Source: an uncultured Gemmatimonadaceae bacterium (GTDB lineage Bacteria > Gemmatimonadota > Gemmatimonadetes > Gemmatimonadales > Gemmatimonadaceae). From it: a stretch of 64,000 nt of DNA. Location: NCBI GenBank assembly GCA_963781585.1, contig CAWAGQ010000004.1, positions 736,001-800,000 on the forward strand. The letters run 5' to 3'. Of this stretch, positions 50,585-61,284 are shown piece by piece. The notes under the pieces are model-generated. The model was not told the DNA's origin. It did not search any database and saw only the letters and a program-made list of their open reading frames with translations. Position 1 is the first letter of the stretch. The number at the start of each line of letters is the position of its first letter. The translations under genes were made by a program, and so were the position numbers.

Positions 50585-52084
50585 CTAACGAAGTGCCTCG
50601 CGCCGCGCCGCCTCGCGCCAGGCATCGGCGGCCGGCGCTTCGGCCGGCGCGGCGCCGTTGCCGGTTCCGCGATCGGCGTGCGCGAGAAGTGCCGCTGTCA
50701 GGGCCGCGAGGCGCTTCTCGGCAGTCGGGGCGCCGCCGTCGGCAAAGTCCGGCAGCCGTCGCTCCAGCCACTGGCTGTCGAACGCCCCGCTGCGAAACTC
50801 CGGCGCCTCGAGCACCCGGAGATGAAACTCGCGCGAGCTCTCCACGCCCACGATGCGCAGTTCGCGCAGGGCCCGCTGCATCCGGCGGATCGCCTGATCG
50901 CGGGTGGACGCCCAGGCAATGAGCTTGCCGAGCAGAGAGTCGTAGTGCAGACCGACATGTGTCCCGGTCTCGATCGCGCCATCCCATCGCACCCCCGGCC
51001 CCGCCGGCAGGCGCAGGTACTCGATCTGCCCGGTGGACGGGAGAAATCCGGACCGCGGGTCTTCGGCGGTGATGCGGCATTCGATCGCGCATCCGCGCGG
51101 CTCGAGGGTCGCCGGCAGCGTCACCCGCGCACCCTCGGCAATGCGAATCTGCCATTGCACGAGATCGATGCCGGTCACCATTTCCGTCACCGGATGTTCC
51201 ACCTGGAGACGGGTGTTCATTTCCAGGAAGTAGAACTGGCCCTGCCGGTCGAGCAGGAACTCGCAGGTGCCGGCGTTGACGTAGCCCGCGGCGCGCGCGG
51301 CGGCGACCGCCGTCTCTCCCATCCGGCGCCGGAGCACCGGAGTGACCGCGACGCTCGGCGCCTCCTCCAGCATCTTCTGGTGGCGCCGCTGGAGCGAGCA
51401 CTCGCGTTCACCCAGCGACACCACGCCGCCGTGCCGGTCGGCCAGTATCTGGATCTCCACGTGACGCGGGCCATCCAGGTACTTCTCGACATAGACCGCG
51501 TCGTCGCCGAACGCGTTGCGCGCCTCGCGTCGCGCGGCATCGAGGGCCGGTGGGAGATCGGCGGCTCGTTCGACGAGGCGCATCCCCTTCCCGCCGCCAC
51601 CGGCGGCCGCTTTCAGCAGAACGGGGTAGCCGAAGCGCTCGGCGGCGGACGTCGCGTCGTCGGCGTCACGCACGTTGTGCGTGGTTCCCGGTACCAGCGG
51701 AACGCCGGCCCGTCGGGCGAGCAGTCTCGCAGTCGTCTTGTCGCCCAGGCTGGCGATGGCCTCGGGAGGAGGACCGATCCAGACGATACCGCTGTCCCGC
51801 ACCTGCCGCGCAAAGGCCGCACGCTCCGACAGAAAGCCGTATCCGGGATGAATGGCGTCGGCCTTCGCGGCAAGGGCCGCTTCCACGATCCGATCGCCAC
51901 GAAGGTAGCTCTCGCTCGAAGGCGCCGGCCCGATGTGGACGGCTTCGTCGGCTGCCCGGACATGAGGTGCGGCTGCGTCGGCATCCGAGTATACCGCCAC
52001 CGAGGCGATCCCGAGCTCCCGGCAGGCGCGAATCACCCGCACCGCGATCTCTCCCCGGTTGGCGACCAGGATCTTCCTGAACAT
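50585..52084 (-). CDS. Biotin carboxylase subunit of an acyl-CoA (acetyl/propionyl) carboxylase
   Basis: KILVANRGEIA, HPGYGFLSE, GGGGKGMR, ERECSLQRRHQK, EMNTRLQVEHPVTE. Confidence 0.95.
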   Translation of the reverse strand: MFRKILVANRGEIAVRVIRACRELGIASVAVYSDADAAAPHVRAADEAVHIGPAPSSESYLRGDRIVEAALAAKADAIHPGYGFLSERAAFARQVRDSGIVWIGPPPEAIASLGDKTTARLLARRAGVPLVPGTTHNVRDADDATSAAERFGYPVLLKAAAGGGGKGMRLVERAADLPPALDAARREARNAFGDDAVYVEKYLDGPRHVEIQILADRHGGVVSLGERECSLQRRHQKMLEEAPSVAVTPVLRRRMGETAVAAARAAGYVNAGTCEFLLDRQGQFYFLEMNTRLQVEHPVTEMVTGIDLVQWQIRIAEGARVTLPATLEPRGCAIECRITAEDPRSGFLPSTGQIEYLRLPAGPGVRWDGAIETGTHVGLHYDSLLGKLIAWASTRDQAIRRMQRALRELRIVGVESSREFHLRVLEAPEFRSGAFDSQWLERRLPDFADGGAPTAEKRLAALTAALLAHADRGTGNGAAPAEAPAADAWREAARREALR

Positions 52085-52109
52085 TCAGACCGTCGGCGCC
52101 GGCGCGACG

Positions 52110-53660
52110 CTAGAGAGGGATGTTGCCATGCTTCTTGGGCGGATTCCGGTCGCGCTTGCCCTGCAGCATCTCGAGCGCGTCGATGAGACGGGGCCGCGTG
52201 TCACGCGGGTCGATGATGTCGTCCACGTAGCCGCGTGACGCGGCAACGTACGGATTCGCGAACTTGTCCGTGTACTCCGTGACCCGCTCGTCGGTGGCCG
52301 CCTGCGGATCCGCGCTGTCGGCGAGCTCCTTGCGGAAGAGAATCTCCACCGCACCCTTCGGTCCCATCACCGCGATCTCCGCCGAGGGCCAGGCCACATT
52401 GTAGTCCCCCCGGATGTGCTTGGAGCTCATCACGTCGTACGCGCCACCATAGGCCTTGCGGGTGATCACGGTCAGCTTCGGAACCGTGGCCTCGCAGTAG
52501 GCGAACAACAGTTTGGCGCCCTGGCGGATGATGCCGCCGTGTTCCTGCGCCACGCCGGGGAGGAACCCCGGTACATCCTCGAACGTCACCAGCGGAATGT
52601 TGAAGGCGTCGCAGAACCGTACGAAGCGGGCGCCCTTGACCGAGGCGTTGATGTCGAGCACGCCGGCCAGCACTGCCGGCTGATTGGCGATGATCCCGAC
52701 GCTGTGTCCGCCGAGATGGGCGAACCCGCAGATGATGTTGCCGGCGAACTCGCGGTGAATCTCGAAGAACGCACCGTCGTCCACCACCGCCCGGATCACG
52801 TTGTGCATGTCGTACGGCTTGCTGGGATGGTCGGGCACGATGTCGAGCAGTGCGTCATCCCGCCGCGTGCGGGGATCGGTGCCGGGGCCGCGCGGCGGAT
52901 CCCCCAGGTTGTTGGACGGGAGGTAGCGCAGCAGCGCGCGGATCTGCTGCAGGCAGTCCGCCTCCGAGTCGCAGGCCACGTGGGCCACCCCCGACGTGGC
53001 GGCGTGGGTGTCCGCGCCTCCGAGTTGTTCCATCGTGACGTCTTCGTGGGTCACGGTCTTCACCACGTTCGGCCCGGTCACGAACATGTACGAGGTGCCG
53101 CGGACCATGAACACGAAATCGGTGATGGCCGGGGAATAGACCGCGCCGCCGGCGCACGGGCCGAGAATCGCGGAGATCTGGGGTACCACCCCCGACGCCA
53201 GCGTGTTGCGGAGGAAGATGTCGGCATAGCCGCCTAACGAGACGACGCCCTCCTGGATACGCGCTCCACCGGAGTCGTTCAACCCGATCACCGGGGCGCC
53301 CGACCGCACCGCCAGATCCATGACCTTGCAGATCTTCTCCGCGAAGGCCTCGGACAGCGAACCGCCGAAGACGGTGAAGTCCTGGGAGAACGCGAACACC
53401 AGCCGTCCGTCGATGCGCCCATGCCCGGTCACCACCCCGTCGCCATAGTACTTCTGGTCGGCGAGACCGAAGTCGGTGCTGCGATGGGTCACGAACCGGT
53501 CGAGCTCGACGAACGACCCGTCATCGAGCAGGAGATCGAGCCGCTCCCGCGCCGAGAGCTTGCCCTTGCCGTGCTGCGCCGCGACGCGTTCGGGGCCGCC
53601 TCCCTGCTCCGATTCCTCACGCCGCTGTCGCAGCAGATCGAGCTTCTCGCGCATGGTCAT
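52110..53660 (-). CDS. pccB: Acyl-CoA (propionyl/methylmalonyl-CoA-type) carboxylase carboxyltransferase beta subunit
   Basis: [51 protein letters not shown]. Confidence 0.9.
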   Translation of the reverse strand: MTMREKLDLLRQRREESEQGGGPERVAAQHGKGKLSARERLDLLLDDGSFVELDRFVTHRSTDFGLADQKYYGDGVVTGHGRIDGRLVFAFSQDFTVFGGSLSEAFAEKICKVMDLAVRSGAPVIGLNDSGGARIQEGVVSLGGYADIFLRNTLASGVVPQISAILGPCAGGAVYSPAITDFVFMVRGTSYMFVTGPNVVKTVTHEDVTMEQLGGADTHAATSGVAHVACDSEADCLQQIRALLRYLPSNNLGDPPRGPGTDPRTRRDDALLDIVPDHPSKPYDMHNVIRAVVDDGAFFEIHREFAGNIICGFAHLGGHSVGIIANQPAVLAGVLDINASVKGARFVRFCDAFNIPLVTFEDVPGFLPGVAQEHGGIIRQGAKLLFAYCEATVPKLTVITRKAYGGAYDVMSSKHIRGDYNVAWPSAEIAVMGPKGAVEILFRKELADSADPQAATDERVTEYTDKFANPYVAASRGYVDDIIDPRDTRPRLIDALEMLQGKRDRNPPKKHGNIPL

Positions 53661-53772
53661 GGCGCGGAAAGGTATCCCGCGCCGGGAACCTTCTCCAGCC
53701 GCGCGCCCGGTGGCGTGCCGCTTGCGGGAGACTCGTAATGCGGCGTAGCTTCCGCCGCGAGCCCACCATCGC

Positions 53773-56406
53773 ATGACCGCCGTCTCCTCTCACGAATCGG
53801 GCTCGCCCGCGAGCCGCCTGTTGTCCCCGCTGCGCCTGCGCTTGCTGGGGCTCGTGGCCGTGGCCTCCTTTCCCACCGCGCTGCTGATTGCGCGCCTGGC
53901 GGTCGATGAACGACACGCCAATCTCGTGGGCGCGCGCGAGTCGGCGCTCCGCCTGCTCGATTCGGCCCTGGTGGAGCAGCAGAATCTCCTCCGCGAAGGC
54001 AGGCAGGTCATCCGGTCACTGGCCATGCTGCCCCAGGTGGCGAACGGAAGCCCTGACATGTGTTCGCGTACGCTGACCGTGCTGTTCGCCGCGTTCCCGA
54101 ACTACGAGGCCGCATCCCGCGTCACGCCCGGTCTGCGCGTGGATTGCAGCGCCGTGCCGTTCGCCCGGGGCCTGGCGGACGTGAGCGGGGTGCCGTCGCT
54201 CCAGCTGGCGGAGCGGACGCACCAGGCCGTATTCGGGTTCTATCGCGTGGGGAGCGCATCGCAGCCCCTCGCCACCATTGTCGAGCCGGTGCGCGACTCG
54301 GTGGGCGCACTCCGCTTCTATCTCGCGCTCGAGGTGGAGGTGCCGTGGCTCCCACGCCTGGTCGCAACCCTCGCCACGACTCCGGGGGCGACGGTCACGC
54401 TGTTCGATACCCAGGGCTTCGTCTACGCGCGCATCCCAGACGCAGAGCACTACGCCGGCCGCGCCATGCCGCTCACTCCGACGTTCGCGCAGATGGCCGG
54501 CAACCGCCGCGGGTTCGTGGAAGGGGCCGACCTCCGCAGCGACCGCCGACTGTACGTCTTCCGTCAGCTCCCGGCGGCCAACGAATCGCCGGTGCTGTTG
54601 TCGATCGGACTCCCGTTCGGGGCCGTGTACGGCGATGCCGATCGCAACCTCCGCCGTAATCTGCTGGTAGCCGCATTCACGCTGGTGCTGGCCATGATGA
54701 TGGCGTGGATCGCCGCCGATCTGTTCGTGATCCGGGACGTGCACGCGTTGCTCGGTGCGACGCATCGGATTGCCAGCGGCGACCTCTCGGCGCGGGTCCC
54801 GTCGCGCACGGGCGGCGGGGAGTTGCACAATCTCGCCGACACCTTCAACCACATGGCCGAGCGGCTCGAGGAGCGCCGGCGGGAGTTTCTCGCCCTCGGG
54901 GACGCCTCACCCGACGCCATCGTGCGCCTCGACCGCGACCTGCGGATCGACTGGGCCAACGCCGCGCTCCTCCGCCGGCTGGGGGTGGCGCTCGAGACGC
55001 TCGTGGGCACGCGACTGGACGACGTGCCGGTGGAGACGTCGGCAAAGCCGCTCATCATCCAGCAGGTGCGGGACGTGCTGTCCAGTGGAGAGCGCCGCGA
55101 GGTAGAGCTGCAGGGGAGCGCCAACGGCCGGGATGGCTGGATCGACCTCCGCTTCGTGCCCGAGCGCGACGGATCCGGAACGGTGACCCATGTGATGCTG
55201 ATTGCCCGCGACGTCACCGCGCGCAAACACCTCGAGACGCACCTGGCGCAGGCCGAGCGCCTGGACAGTATCGGCAAGCTGGCGGGGAGCATCTCCCACG
55301 ACTTCAACAATCTCCTCACCGCAATCATCGGCAACACCGAGATCGCGATGCGCGCGCTGGAGCCCGACCACCCGGTGCGGGGCGATCTGACGCAGATACT
55401 GGACGTGGCGCGCCGGGCGTCCGCCTTGACGCGGCAACTGCTGTCGTTCGCGCGGCGGCAGCCCACCGCGCCACGCGTGATCGAGGTGAAGTCGTTCATC
55501 GAGGAGACGGCCACGCTGCTGCGGCGCCTGCTGGGAGAGAACATTACGCTGCGGCTGGAGCTGGATGCGGAGGCGCCGCGGGTCCGCTTCGACCCGACGC
55601 ACCTGGAGCAGGTGCTGGTCAACCTGGTGACGAATGGGAGGGACGCGATGCCGAAAGGCGGGGTCCTCACCATCGCCACCTCACGCGTGCGGGTGGGCGA
55701 AGACGCCACGCGTGCCACCGACGCACCTCCGCCGGGCGAGTATCTCCTGCTCCGGGTTTCCGACAACGGCGTCGGCATGTCGCCGGCGACACGCGAACGG
55801 ATCTTCGAGCCCTTCTTCAGCACCAAGCGCGATCGGGATGGTACCGGACTCGGTCTGGCCGTGACGTACGGCGTGGTGCGGCAGCACGGCGGGTACATCG
55901 AGGTGGAGAGCGTCGAGCGCGTTGGTACGACGTTCCGGATCTACTTCCCCGCGACGCGCGACAGCGCGGATTTCGCCCCGGCGCCGATCGCGCAGGGGGA
56001 GTCGCCGACCGGGGGCGAGCGGATTCTGCTGGTCGAGGATCAGGAGCCCGTGCGGTCGACGGTCGCGAAGGTTCTGCGGACGCATGGGTACACGGTGGTC
56101 GAGGCGCGCGACGGCGTGGATGCGCTCCGGCACGTGGGTTCGCCCGAAGGTCACGCGCTCGGTCTGGTGATCACCGACCTCGTGATGCCGAGGATGGGCG
56201 GCGAGGTGCTTGCCCGGGAGATTCGGCAGGCCTTGCCGGACCTTCCGGTGCTGCTGATCTCGGGATACGACGAGCGCGGGAGCGCGAGCGGGTTGCTCGA
56301 GCGCGGCGAAGCGGCGGCTCTGCTGGAGAAGCCGTTCGAGTCCCAGCCCCTTCTCAGATTGGTGCGCGACCTGCTTGATCGCGCACCGGCGCGCGCCCGC
56401 GCGTAG
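53773..56406 (+). CDS. Hybrid sensor histidine kinase (periplasmic Cache-like, HAMP, PAS, HisKA, HATPase, REC)
   Basis: Two TM segments, [14 protein letters not shown] (H-box), [30 protein letters not shown], receiver TDLVMP...EKPF. Confidence 0.93.
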   Translation: MTAVSSHESGSPASRLLSPLRLRLLGLVAVASFPTALLIARLAVDERHANLVGARESALRLLDSALVEQQNLLREGRQVIRSLAMLPQVANGSPDMCSRTLTVLFAAFPNYEAASRVTPGLRVDCSAVPFARGLADVSGVPSLQLAERTHQAVFGFYRVGSASQPLATIVEPVRDSVGALRFYLALEVEVPWLPRLVATLATTPGATVTLFDTQGFVYARIPDAEHYAGRAMPLTPTFAQMAGNRRGFVEGADLRSDRRLYVFRQLPAANESPVLLSIGLPFGAVYGDADRNLRRNLLVAAFTLVLAMMMAWIAADLFVIRDVHALLGATHRIASGDLSARVPSRTGGGELHNLADTFNHMAERLEERRREFLALGDASPDAIVRLDRDLRIDWANAALLRRLGVALETLVGTRLDDVPVETSAKPLIIQQVRDVLSSGERREVELQGSANGRDGWIDLRFVPERDGSGTVTHVMLIARDVTARKHLETHLAQAERLDSIGKLAGSISHDFNNLLTAIIGNTEIAMRALEPDHPVRGDLTQILDVARRASALTRQLLSFARRQPTAPRVIEVKSFIEETATLLRRLLGENITLRLELDAEAPRVRFDPTHLEQVLVNLVTNGRDAMPKGGVLTIATSRVRVGEDATRATDAPPPGEYLLLRVSDNGVGMSPATRERIFEPFFSTKRDRDGTGLGLAVTYGVVRQHGGYIEVESVERVGTTFRIYFPATRDSADFAPAPIAQGESPTGGERILLVEDQEPVRSTVAKVLRTHGYTVVEARDGVDALRHVGSPEGHALGLVITDLVMPRMGGEVLAREIRQALPDLPVLLISGYDERGSASGLLERGEAAALLEKPFESQPLLRLVRDLLDRAPARARA

Positions 56407-56436
56407 ACGAGACGCGCTGGCACGCGCCGGCAGCCG

Positions 56437-58263
56437 TCAGGTCGCCGGTCCCTCGTCCTCGTCCTCGATCGCGAGCGGCGGTTCCTCGCCGGCGGTCTGC
56501 ACGTCCGGCAGCACGTCGCCGTCCTCGGTATGGATCTTGGGCGGGGTTTCGGGCCGCGGCGGCTGGTCCTCGGGAATGTTCACGACCGTGAGTACGATGC
56601 GCCGGTGGATCGGGTCCACCTCGACCACCCGCAGGTCGAGATTCATCCCCTCGTAGCAGACGTCGGCCGGGGAATCGATCGGCGTGTCCGACGGAATGTG
56701 GCTCAGCGGCACGAACCCCTCGATGTCGTTGCCGATGTCCACCACCACTCCCTTGTCCATGAGCCGGACCACGCGACCGCCCAGCTCGGTGCCGACCAGG
56801 TAGGTCTCGCCGATGCGCAGCCACGGATCTTCCGTCGCCTGCTTGAGGCCGAGCGAGATCCGCTTGTTGTCGCTGTCGATGTTGAGGATGATCACGTCGA
56901 CCGTGTCGCCCTTCTTCACCACTTCCGACGGGTGTTGCACGCGCTTCGTCCAGCTCATGTCGGAGATGTGAATCAGTCCGTCGATGCCCGGCTCGATTTC
57001 GACGAAGGCGCCGAAACTGGTGAGGTTGCGGACCTTTCCCGACAGCCTTGTCCCCACCGGGTACTTGAGCGGCAGCACCATCCACGGATCCTGCTCGGTC
57101 TGCTTCATCCCCAGCGAGATCTTCTCCTCGTTGGGATCGACCTTCAGGACCACCGCCTCGATCGTCTCGCCGATGGAGACGATCTTCGACGGATGCCGCA
57201 CGTTGCGCGTCCAGCTCATCTCGCTGATGTGGACCAGCCCCTCGATGCCCGGTTCGAGCTCGATGAACGCGCCGTAGTTGGTGATCGAGACGACCTTGCC
57301 GGTAACCCGCGTTCCGACCGGGTACTTCTCGATCACATCCTTCCAGGGGTACGGCTGGAGCTGCTTGAGGCCTAACGAGATGCGCTCGCGCTCCCAGTCG
57401 ATGTCGAGCACCTTGACCTCGAGCTCCTGCCCGATCTGGACCATCTCGCTGGGATGCGAGATGCGTCCCCACGACATGTCGGTGATGTGAAGCAGGCCGT
57501 CCACACCACCCAGGTCGATGAAGGCGCCGAAATCGGTGATGTTCTTCACCACGCCCATCCGCACCTGATCCTTCTGGAGCTCCTTCATCAGCTTCTCGCG
57601 CTTGCCGGCGCGTTCGGCTTCCAGGATCACGCGGCGCGACACGACGATGTTGCGGCGGCGCTTGTTGAGCTTGATGATCTTGAACTCGAACTTCTGTCCC
57701 AGCAGCTCGTCGATGTTCGGCACGCGTCGCAACGCGATCTGCGAACCGGGGAGGAACGCGTCGACCCCCATCAGGTCCACCACCACCCCGCCCTTGATCT
57801 TCTTCACCAGCGTGCCTTCGACCGGCTGGTCAGTCTCGTAGGCGATGCGGATCTTCTCCCAGACCCGCATGAAGTCGGCCTTCTTCTTCGACAGCACGAC
57901 CGACCCTTCCTGGTCCTCGAGATGCTCGAGGAGCACTTCGACTTCGTCGCCCGGCTTCAGCTCGGGCATGTCCTTGAATTCTTCCAGCGGGATCGTGCCC
58001 TCGGATTTGAATCCGATGTCCAGCACGACCATGTTGTCGCGGATCTCGAGTACCCGGGACTTGACGATCTCGCCTTCGTCGATCGAGGCGAGCGTCCCGT
58101 TGTACAACGCCATCATGCGCTCGTACTCGTCGCTCGAGTATTCGTCCTCGTCGTAGAGTTCGGGGCGCCGGTTGGCAAGCGGTCGCAACTGCCCCTTCTG
58201 CGACTGTCGCTTCTCGGGGATCGCTACGGCCGTGCCGGTTGGGGTGGTCTCGATGTCAGGCAT
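56437..58263 (-). CDS. rpsA: 30S ribosomal protein S1
   Basis: Repeated S1 domains (DIGFKSEG, AFLPGSQ, DFGAFIDLGGVDGLLHI, YGAFIELEPGIEGLVH). Confidence 0.98.
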   Translation of the reverse strand: MPDIETTPTGTAVAIPEKRQSQKGQLRPLANRRPELYDEDEYSSDEYERMMALYNGTLASIDEGEIVKSRVLEIRDNMVVLDIGFKSEGTIPLEEFKDMPELKPGDEVEVLLEHLEDQEGSVVLSKKKADFMRVWEKIRIAYETDQPVEGTLVKKIKGGVVVDLMGVDAFLPGSQIALRRVPNIDELLGQKFEFKIIKLNKRRRNIVVSRRVILEAERAGKREKLMKELQKDQVRMGVVKNITDFGAFIDLGGVDGLLHITDMSWGRISHPSEMVQIGQELEVKVLDIDWERERISLGLKQLQPYPWKDVIEKYPVGTRVTGKVVSITNYGAFIELEPGIEGLVHISEMSWTRNVRHPSKIVSIGETIEAVVLKVDPNEEKISLGMKQTEQDPWMVLPLKYPVGTRLSGKVRNLTSFGAFVEIEPGIDGLIHISDMSWTKRVQHPSEVVKKGDTVDVIILNIDSDNKRISLGLKQATEDPWLRIGETYLVGTELGGRVVRLMDKGVVVDIGNDIEGFVPLSHIPSDTPIDSPADVCYEGMNLDLRVVEVDPIHRRIVLTVVNIPEDQPPRPETPPKIHTEDGDVLPDVQTAGEEPPLAIEDEDEGPAT

Positions 58264-58407
58264 GACTGAACGCAGCTCCGGGTGCGCGGACACGTCTCTC
58301 CGCACAGAGGTAAGGGTGAATGAAGGTGTGGCGGACCTCAGCGACTGCGCCGTCTCCCGCGAGGGCAACGCGCGCGACCCGTGGACGACCGCCGGGCAGA
58401 ACCTGTC

Positions 58408-58436
58408 AAATTAGTCGCGTTGATCCTCATTCTCAA
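58408..58436 (-). promoter_or_regulatory. Internal promoter for rpsA overlapping the cmk 3' end
   Basis: TTGAGA-N17-TAATTT; the TAA is also the cmk stop. Confidence 0.55.
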
Positions 58437-59142
58437 CCGCTGAAGTGTCCGCCGGACGCTGAGTTACGGCGCGCGCCAGCGCGACGATGCGCTCCACCTG
58501 CTCCGGCTGGGTGAGGTAGGTCGTGTCCACCAGCACCGCGCCGCGCGCCTGCAGCGACTGGGTCGCATCCGTCGCGTCCCGCTGGACCAGCCGGTCGGTC
58601 TCTTCGGCGATCTCCTCGTCGCTGGGCCGGCGCTGCAGGCGCTGCGTGAGCCGGCGTCGCGCGCGTTCCCACGGATCAGCCACCAGATAGACCTTGAGAT
58701 CCGCCTGGGGAAAGACAGCGGTGCCTATATCACGGCCATCCGCCACCACGTCGTACCGCCGCGCCACCGCGCGGATCCGCTCGTTGACCCATTGGCGGAC
58801 CGGCATCATCTGCGCGACACGCGAGACGTGACGTGTCACCTCCGGCGACCGGATCTCCTCGTCGACCCGCTGTCCGCTGATCCGGGGCTCGAACGACAGC
58901 GGCGTCTCGGCCAGGGTCACCTGCTCCGCGGCGTCGAGCACGCGATCGGGGGTCCATGACCCGGCAGCAGAGTCAGTCCGCAGAATCGACGCCGTGGCCG
59001 CGCGGTAGAGCGCCCCCGAATCGACGTGCCGATAGCCGAGGATCCTGGCGACCCACTGCGCCGTGGACGACTTGCCCGACGCGGCCGGCCCGTCGATCGC
59101 GATGACCACCCGCGGATGGCGAACCTCGTCAGGCGATGACAC
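58411..59142 (-). CDS. cmk: Cytidylate kinase
   Basis: IAIDGPAASGKSS, DSGALYRA, DGRDIGTAVFP; start approximate. Confidence 0.95.
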   Translation of the reverse strand: MSSPDEVRHPRVVIAIDGPAASGKSSTAQWVARILGYRHVDSGALYRAATASILRTDSAAGSWTPDRVLDAAEQVTLAETPLSFEPRISGQRVDEEIRSPEVTRHVSRVAQMMPVRQWVNERIRAVARRYDVVADGRDIGTAVFPQADLKVYLVADPWERARRRLTQRLQRRPSDEEIAEETDRLVQRDATDATQSLQARGAVLVDTTYLTQPEQVERIVALARAVTQRPADTSAVENEDQRD

Positions 59143-60412
59143 GCGCCAGGTCCCGCCAGAAATCGGGGTACGACACGCCCACGCATTCGGGATCGTCCAC
59201 GACGATGTCGCAGTTCGCCGAGGCCCCGAGCACGCCGAAGGCCATGGCCAGGCGGTGATCGCCCCGGGTGCGCACCTGTCCGCGCAGCGGCGCACGGGTG
59301 CCCTGGATCCGCATCCCGTCAGGCAGCTCGTCGGCCTCCACGCCAATGGCGCGCAGCCCGGCGACCACCCCGCCGATCCGATCGCTCTCCTTCACGCGCA
59401 GTTCGCCGGCCCCGCGGATGACCGTCTCCCCGTCGGCGCGCGCGGCGACGCACGCCAGCACCGGCAATTCGTCGATCATCGACGCCACGCCGGCGGGGCC
59501 AATCGCGGTGGCCCGCAACGGAGCGGGGCGCACCACCAGGTCGCCGGCCGGTTCGGCCGGGTCGGGCTGCGCCGCGGTCATATCAATGGATGCGCCCATC
59601 CGGCGCAGCACCTCGAGGAATCCCGTGCGCCCGGGGTTCAGGCCGACGTTGCGCAGCACGACCTCGCCGCCGTCGGCCAGTGCGCCTAACGCGGCGAAGA
59701 ACGCCGCGGCCGAGGGATCGCCCGGGACGTCGAGCGTGAACGGTTCCAGTTCGGCTCCCGGCCGGAGCGTGATGCGTCCGGCCACCGCCGATACGTCGGC
59801 ACCGAGCGTCCGCAGGAAACGCTCGGTGTGATCGCGTGTGGGAGACGGTTCGATCACCACCACCTCGACCCCGGCGCAGAAGCCGGCCAGCAGCACCGCG
59901 CTTTTCACCTGGGCGCTGGCGGTCTCCATCCGCCACTCGATGCCACGCAGGGCGCCGCCGTGGATGGTGAGCGGAAGCCCGTCCCAGCCGGACGCGGAGT
60001 CGACCTGCGCGCCCAGCTCCGCCAGCGCCGCGGTCACCCGCCGCATCGGGCGGCGGCTCAGGCTCGCGTCGCCGGTGAAGGTGGACGCGAAGGGCTGCGC
60101 CGCCATCACGCCCATCATCAGACGCGCGGTGGTGCCGCTGTTGCCGCAGTAGAGGTCCGCGTCCGGCGCTCGGAGTCCATGACGGCCCCGGCCCGCGATC
60201 CGGAGGTCCGCGGCCAGCGCCGGAACCTCGACGCCTGACGAGCGGAGCACGCGGGCGGTCGACTCGAGATCGTCGGAGCGGAGCACGTCGCGCACCCGCG
60301 ACGTCCCGTGAGCCAGCGCTGCGAAGATCAGGCTTCGGTGCGAGATCGATTTATCCCCGGGAACGCGAACCTCCCCGCGCACCACCAGCCGGTCGGTCCC
60401 CACCGCCGTCAC
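59129..60412 (-). CDS. aroA: 3-phosphoshikimate 1-carboxyvinyltransferase (class II EPSP synthase)
   Basis: PGDKSISHR, GNSGTTAR, SAQVKSA, RDHTER, LRVKESDRI, DHRLAM. Confidence 0.97.
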   Translation of the reverse strand: MTAVGTDRLVVRGEVRVPGDKSISHRSLIFAALAHGTSRVRDVLRSDDLESTARVLRSSGVEVPALAADLRIAGRGRHGLRAPDADLYCGNSGTTARLMMGVMAAQPFASTFTGDASLSRRPMRRVTAALAELGAQVDSASGWDGLPLTIHGGALRGIEWRMETASAQVKSAVLLAGFCAGVEVVVIEPSPTRDHTERFLRTLGADVSAVAGRITLRPGAELEPFTLDVPGDPSAAAFFAALGALADGGEVVLRNVGLNPGRTGFLEVLRRMGASIDMTAAQPDPAEPAGDLVVRPAPLRATAIGPAGVASMIDELPVLACVAARADGETVIRGAGELRVKESDRIGGVVAGLRAIGVEADELPDGMRIQGTRAPLRGQVRTRGDHRLAMAFGVLGASANCDIVVDDPECVGVSYPDFWRDLARVIA

Positions 60413-61284
60413 CGCAGCCACGCTTCGAGCGCGGTGGAGAGATCGGTGCGCTCGTCGCGGTACTTCACGATGACCGGTGTTTGCAGCGACAAGCCCTGGT
60501 CGCGGCCCCATCCCGTGGCCACGGCCCGCGCCCCCGGGACGACCACCGCGCCCTCGGGAATCTCGAGCGGCCGATCATCGCCGGCCCGATACACCGCCTG
60601 ACGCGCGAGGTCGAAGACGGGGGTGCCGCGCGTGAGCACCACGCCGGCCGCGAGCACTGCGCGCTCACGCACCACCGTCCCCTCGTACACGCCGCAGTTG
60701 CCTCCAACCACCACGTCATCCTCGACCACGACCGGCACCGCATTCGCTGGTTCGAGCACCCCGCCGATCTGGGCCGCCGCGCTCACGTGCACGCGCTCGC
60801 CCACCTGGGCGCACGAGCCGATCAGCGCGTGCGAGTCGATCATCGTCCCGGCGCCCACGTGTGCGCCCACGTTCACGTACATGGGCGGCATGCAGACCAC
60901 GCCGGGGGCGAGGTATGCGCCGCGGCGGATGGTCGAGCCGCCGGGCACCACCCGCACTCCCGCCGACAGCGTCACGTCCCGCGTGGTGAAAGGGTGCTTG
61001 TCATAGAAGGCGAATACCGGGTCCGCGTCGCCGTCCGGGCGGGGCGCCGGCATCCGCACGATGTGTCCGGCCCGGAATCCGAGGAGGATCCCCTGCTTCA
61101 CCCACGCCACCGCGTGCCACCTGCCGTCCGCTGCGCGCTCGGCGGCGCGCACCTCGCCGCGCTCCAGCGCGTCGAGGAGCGCGCCGACCAGCGCGTCGAC
61201 GTCGCCGGGTAGCGGCTCCGACGAGGGCGTGGCCCACGCCGCGGCAATGCGCCCCGGAAGCGCGGACTGCGCCACCGCGCTCAT
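60409..61284 (-). CDS. dapD: 2,3,4,5-tetrahydropyridine-2,6-dicarboxylate N-succinyltransferase
   Basis: WVKQGILLGFR, RVVPGG, YVNVGA, GSCAQVG, IGGVLEP hexapeptide repeats. Confidence 0.93.
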   Translation of the reverse strand: MSAVAQSALPGRIAAAWATPSSEPLPGDVDALVGALLDALERGEVRAAERAADGRWHAVAWVKQGILLGFRAGHIVRMPAPRPDGDADPVFAFYDKHPFTTRDVTLSAGVRVVPGGSTIRRGAYLAPGVVCMPPMYVNVGAHVGAGTMIDSHALIGSCAQVGERVHVSAAAQIGGVLEPANAVPVVVEDDVVVGGNCGVYEGTVVRERAVLAAGVVLTRGTPVFDLARQAVYRAGDDRPLEIPEGAVVVPGARAVATGWGRDQGLSLQTPVIVKYRDERTDLSTALEAWLR

